Below, in pieces: positions 61,849 to 64,000 of a stretch of 64,000 nucleotides of DNA; within the stretch, counting starts at the first letter, position 1, and every line of letters begins with the position of its first letter. The notes beneath the pieces were generated by a model, which had not been told where the DNA came from, did no database searches, and saw only the letters and a program-made list of their open reading frames with translations. The position numbers and the translations under genes are program-made. Where the stretch lies: the NCBI GenBank assembly GCA_963700145.1, contig OY969474.1, positions 4,256,001 through 4,320,000 on the forward strand, written 5' to 3'. The DNA comes from an uncultured Acidobacteriota bacterium (lineage in GTDB: Bacteria; Acidobacteriota; Thermoanaerobaculia; Multivoradales; UBA5704).

Positions 61849-62130
61849 CTACTCAGGCAAGAGGCTCGGGACCGGCCGCGGGCAGGTCGGCCCGGTTGCC
61901 AGTTCCTGCTGCGTGTAGCGGCTCGATTTCGTCAGGCGGATGGGATAGACGGTCGAGCCGAGGCCGAACTCCACCGTGTAGTCGCCTGGCCGCAGACTGG
62001 TCGCGAGCGTGCCGATCTCCTTTTGGACCAAGTGACCGTGGTCGTCGCCGAACCAGATATCGGTGGTCGGAGAAGCCGCCACGATGGTGAGGTCGTAGTA
62101 CACCGCCTGGGCCTCGGCGTGGTCCGTCAC
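61849..62130 (-). CDS. 93-aa hypothetical protein coupled to the phd stop codon
   Basis: GTGA overlap with phd; ends GPTCPRPVPSLLPE. Confidence 0.65.
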   Translation of the reverse strand: MTDHAEAQAVYYDLTIVAASPTTDIWFGDDHGHLVQKEIGTLATSLRPGDYTVEFGLGSTVYPIRLTKSSRYTQQELATGPTCPRPVPSLLPE

Positions 62131-62426
62131 GCCGTTCCTTTTTTGCTCTTTGCCCGTTTCCTGCCGCGTTCGTTCTCCACCTCGTGCCAGAACTGATCGT
62201 GGCCGAGCCCCTCGCCCGCGCGAATCTGCGCGCGCGCTTTCTCCAAGATGGACCGCAAGCGAACCGAGTTGGCCAGGATCAAGCGCTCCAGCTCCTCCTC
62301 GTCCCGCACGGCCAGCAACGCGGCGACCGGCCTGCCGTTCCGCGTCACGATGACCGGCCCCTCTTCGCTCTGCTTGAGATAGGCGCTGAACTGCGCCTTG
62401 ACTTCAGCGACCGACGCGATCTTCAT
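62127..62426 (-). CDS. Phd/YefM antitoxin, copy 2
   Basis: MKIASVAEVKAQFSAYL..TRNGRPVA. Confidence 0.9.
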   Translation of the reverse strand: MKIASVAEVKAQFSAYLKQSEEGPVIVTRNGRPVAALLAVRDEEELERLILANSVRLRSILEKARAQIRAGEGLGHDQFWHEVENERGRKRAKSKKGTA

Positions 62427-62746
62427 GAGTCCACTTCCTCTCCGCCGATCAACAAGCGCTCCCGCTCCTTGACGCCGATCGCCAGGATGTACACCGTACT
62501 GCTTTCCTGGTCGATCTCGTAGAACACGCGGAACCGGTTGTCGGGACCGAAGCGCAGCTCCCATTGCGCCTCCAGCACGGCCGGCTGCCGTAGCGGCTTA
62601 CGGTTCCTGGTCTCGACATCCGGCTCGAACTGCAGCTGCTCCTCGATAGTCGCGCGGATCAGCGAGTAGTGCCGACGCTCGATGGCTTCAAGGTGCCGTT
62701 TGACCTCCGGGGCGTAGATCAACGTGTACGAACGGCGCCGCGGCAC
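62423..62746 (-). CDS. RelE/ParE toxin, copy 2, intact
   Basis: YTLIYAPEVKRHL, WELRFGPDNRFRVFY. Confidence 0.9.
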   Translation of the reverse strand: MPRRRSYTLIYAPEVKRHLEAIERRHYSLIRATIEEQLQFEPDVETRNRKPLRQPAVLEAQWELRFGPDNRFRVFYEIDQESSTVYILAIGVKERERLLIGGEEVDS

Positions 62747-62801
62747 GATGACCAGAATTATGACTATCTTAGGCTGCTAGGTCAACAGCTTCGCCGCGAC
62801 C

Positions 62802-63356
62802 TCACTCGCCCTCTGACTCGCGCTGCGCTTCGCGGCGCCGCTCGGCGATCAGCTCGTCGGACAGGCTCCGCCCTTCGGGGACGTACTGCCGGACCAGGGC
62901 CTGCGCGCGTCCGATCAGGTCGCTCGTGGCGTGGTCTTTGGGGTCGCCGACGAGGGCTGTGCGGCCGCCGTAGGCGGCGACGACCTCGCGCTCCGGGACC
63001 TGGTCGGGGGTGCCGTAGTCGGTGCCCTTGCAGTGGACGTCCGGCCGTAGCTCGGCGAGGAGGGCGGCGGGGGTGTCCTCCTCGAAGATCACGACGTAGT
63101 CGACCGGAGCGAGCCCGGCGAGGAGCTCGGCGCGCTCGGGGGCGGGGACGATGGGGCGGCCGGGGCCCTTGAGGCGGGCCACCGAGGCGTCGCCGTTGAG
63201 GCCGACGATGAGGAGATCGGCCTCGCGGCGCGCGGCCTGGAGGTAGCGGAGGTGGCCGACGTGGAGGAGGTCGAAGTGGCCGTTGGCGAAGGCGACGGTC
63301 TTGCCGCGGGCGCGCTCGGCGGCCAGCCGGTCGCGCAGGGCGGCGAGGGTGGTCAC
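62802..63356 (-). CDS. rfaE2: heptose-1-phosphate adenylyltransferase (HldE domain II)
   Basis: [38 protein letters not shown]. Confidence 0.9.
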   Translation of the reverse strand: MTTLAALRDRLAAERARGKTVAFANGHFDLLHVGHLRYLQAARREADLLIVGLNGDASVARLKGPGRPIVPAPERAELLAGLAPVDYVVIFEEDTPAALLAELRPDVHCKGTDYGTPDQVPEREVVAAYGGRTALVGDPKDHATSDLIGRAQALVRQYVPEGRSLSDELIAERRREAQRESEGE

Positions 63357-64000
63357 CTCGCCCACTGCACCTCCGCGAGCGGGTGGGGGTCGCTGGCAAC
63401 CGCCCGGCGCAGCTCCTCGGGGGTGAGGGTGGCGGTCCCCATCTTCATCACTACGACGCCGCCGGCGTAGTTGGCGAGGAGGGCCGCCTCGAGCGGCGTG
63501 CCGCCGGCCGCCAGCGCCAGGGCGAAGGCGCCGATCACCGTGTCGCCGGCGCCGGTGACGTCGGCCACCTGGTCGGTGCCGTGGACGGGCAGGTGGGCGG
63601 CGGAGCCCTCTTCGAGGAGGCTCATGCCGCGGCTGCCGCGGGTGACGAGGAGGAAGCGCGCGCCGAGGCGGGCGCGGAGGGACTCGCCGGCCCTGGCGGC
63701 CGCGGCGAAGTCCTCGGGGAGGCGGCCGCCGAGGAGTGCTTCGGCCTCCTCCTCGTTGGGGGTGGCGCCGTCGAGGCCCGCGAAGTCGCCGAGGCGGTAG
63801 CGGCTGTCGGCGAGGAGGACGGCGTCGCCGCCGAGAGCGCGGCGGAGACAGGGGAGGAGGGCGGGCTCGACGGCGCCGTAGCCGTAGTCGGAGAGGACGG
63901 CGACCGGCGGCGCGCCGCCCGCCGCGCCCGCCCACTCTGCGAGGCGCGCCGCGAAGGTCTCGCGCTCCTCGGCGGCGAGCGTCAGCCGCTCCTCGACGTC
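63353..64000 (-). CDS. rfaE1: heptose-7-phosphate kinase (HldE domain I, PfkB family), 5'-truncated by window edge
   Basis: [42 protein letters not shown]. Confidence 0.88.
   Translation of the reverse strand, partial: DVEERLTLAAEERETFAARLAEWAGAAGGAPPVAVLSDYGYGAVEPALLPCLRRALGGDAVLLADSRYRLGDFAGLDGATPNEEEAEALLGGRLPEDFAAAARAGESLRARLGARFLLVTRGSRGMSLLEEGSAAHLPVHGTDQVADVTGAGDTVIGAFALALAAGGTPLEAALLANYAGGVVVMKMGTATLTPEELRRAVASDPHPLAEVQWAR

Overview
GC-rich bacterial chromosomal window. Gene content and lineage-typical protein families suggest Acidobacteriota, probably Thermoanaerobaculia; this is inference from recognition, not a search. The core backbone is thrS-infC-rpmI-rplT-pheS-pheT (1-5.5 kb), then pyrD, zapA, 6S RNA, rny and ymdB, a lipid A modification cluster, a waaL-like gene, tlyA, nadK, TamB/BamA-like genes, ribBA, pilB, a heptosyltransferase and rfaE1/rfaE2. 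A ~21 kb accessory region lies between pheT and pyrD. It carries an IS1595 transposase, a broken Xre-IrrE plus PIN-like pair, several TA modules, a ZAS-finger/TPR - secreted 'DEGGGVDPxG' peptide - ZAS-finger/TPR module, and a low-GC operon of TIR-fusion, methyltransferase, Nudix, NDK and kinase-like genes. A second accessory region (54.3-62.8 kb) has a palindromic 21-bp array and eroded integron-like cassettes bracketed by a duplicated RelE/Phd operon. Single-base frameshifts occur even in essential genes (pheT, rplT), so many apparent pseudogenes may be assembly errors.
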